NCBI RefSeq assembly: GCF_001194135.2
Contig: NC_068985.1
Span: 53,972,392 to 54,006,014 of the forward strand
Direction: 5' to 3'
Length of the DNA: 33,623 bases
From: Octopus bimaculoides
Taxonomy: Eukaryota
Translations under genes and position numbers: made by a program
Notes under the pieces: model-generated
Told to the model about the DNA's origin: nothing
The model's database searches: none
Seen by the model: the letters and a program-made list of their open reading frames with translations, nothing else
In this document: piece after piece, positions 32,925 to 33,623 of the stretch
Layout: each line of letters opens with the position of its first letter
Position numbering within the stretch: the stretch's first letter is position 1

Positions 32925-33143
32925 CAGCTGTGTGTGTGTGCATCTTTGTGTTTCTCCCCACCACCACTGCTTGACAACAGGTGTTGGTTTGTTTACTTTC
33001 CATTAACTACAAAGTTCAGCAAAAAGAGACTGATAGCTTAAGTTTCAGACTTAAAAATGATTACTGGAGTCAGTTTGACTAAACCCTTGAAAATGGTGCC
33101 CCAGTAAGGTTGCAGTCTAATGACTGAAACAAGTAAAGGATAA
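32925..33143 (+). mobile_element. SINE family A body and 3' end
   Basis: CCACTGCTTGACAAC...GGTGCCCCAG...GCAGTCTAATGACTGAAACAAGTAAAG. Confidence 0.8.
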
Positions 33144-33420
33144 ATTAAAAGAAAGGGTATTCTATTATATCTAAAATACTAAAGTATATTTAAAATTATG
33201 TTATATCAATAAAATTTAGTTTTCCTATGGCCATTTAAACATTAATGTTCTGTTAGAACAAACTATATTGCAGTACATGAGTGAAACATCCACATTTAAG
33301 TGAGTATAAACATACCTCTTAGTATTAATACTGCCTGTTGCTAATATCATACATCAGCAAAATATCTCAGCTTCTGCTGACTAAATTTTGAGTTAAAATT
33401 TTTAAGTTAATTAATAATAT

Positions 33421-33586
33421 AGGCATAGGAGTGGCTGTGTGGTAAGTAGCTTGCTTACTAACCACATGGTTCTGAGTTCAGTCTTACTGCGTGGCAATTT
33501 GGGCAAGTGTCTTCTACTAAAGACTCGGGCCGACCAAAGCCTTGTGAGTGGATTTGGTAGACGGAAAATGAAAGAAGCCCATCGTA

Positions 33587-33590
<4 letters not shown>
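33421..33590 (+). mobile_element. SINE family A tRNA-derived head
   Basis: A-box-like TGGCTGTGTGGT and B-box-like GAGTTCAGTC, then GGGCAAGTGTCTTCTACT...GCCTTGTGAGTGGATTTGGTAGA, running into (TA)n. Confidence 0.85.

Positions 33591-33623
<33 letters not shown>

Noticed and set aside
33274-33299. 26-nt AG/GTGAGT-bounded plus-strand segment (YMSETSTF)
   Set aside because: Too short to distinguish from chance splice motifs without transcript data.
33421-33500. tRNA-like A/B boxes
   Set aside because: No complete cloverleaf; the sequence continues into a SINE body found elsewhere in the window, so it is a SINE head and not a tRNA gene.

Overview
AT-rich, microsatellite-dense, gap-containing eukaryotic genomic DNA. 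The SINE/RTE/microsatellite repertoire looks like an octopus (coleoid cephalopod) draft assembly; this is inferred from recognising the repeats, not from a search. The only confidently recognisable host gene is coding exon 1 of an out-at-first (OAF) homologue on the minus strand (2069-1845: signal peptide, N-terminal domain, GTAAGT donor), whose remaining exons lie left of the window, with a CpG/ACGT-rich promoter region at about 2070-2420. Nearly everything else is decayed mobile DNA: RTE-clade LINE fragments and 3' tails, a co-oriented chain of R4/Dong-like RLE retrotransposon fragments, mariner relics, MITEs, a Helitron-like 5' end, two tRNA-derived SINE families, two solo-LTR-like segments and a Penelope-like element with long inverted arms. 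Most long ORFs in the supplied track are microsatellite or N-gap artefacts. The most interesting signal is a set of type I hammerhead ribozyme motifs. In particular, a tandem pair at 30709-31099 (339-nt period) has stem I strands that are mismatched within each copy but complementary across copies. This is what an obligate double hammerhead, or a circular retrozyme monomer, would look like. Repeat boundaries are approximate unless stated.
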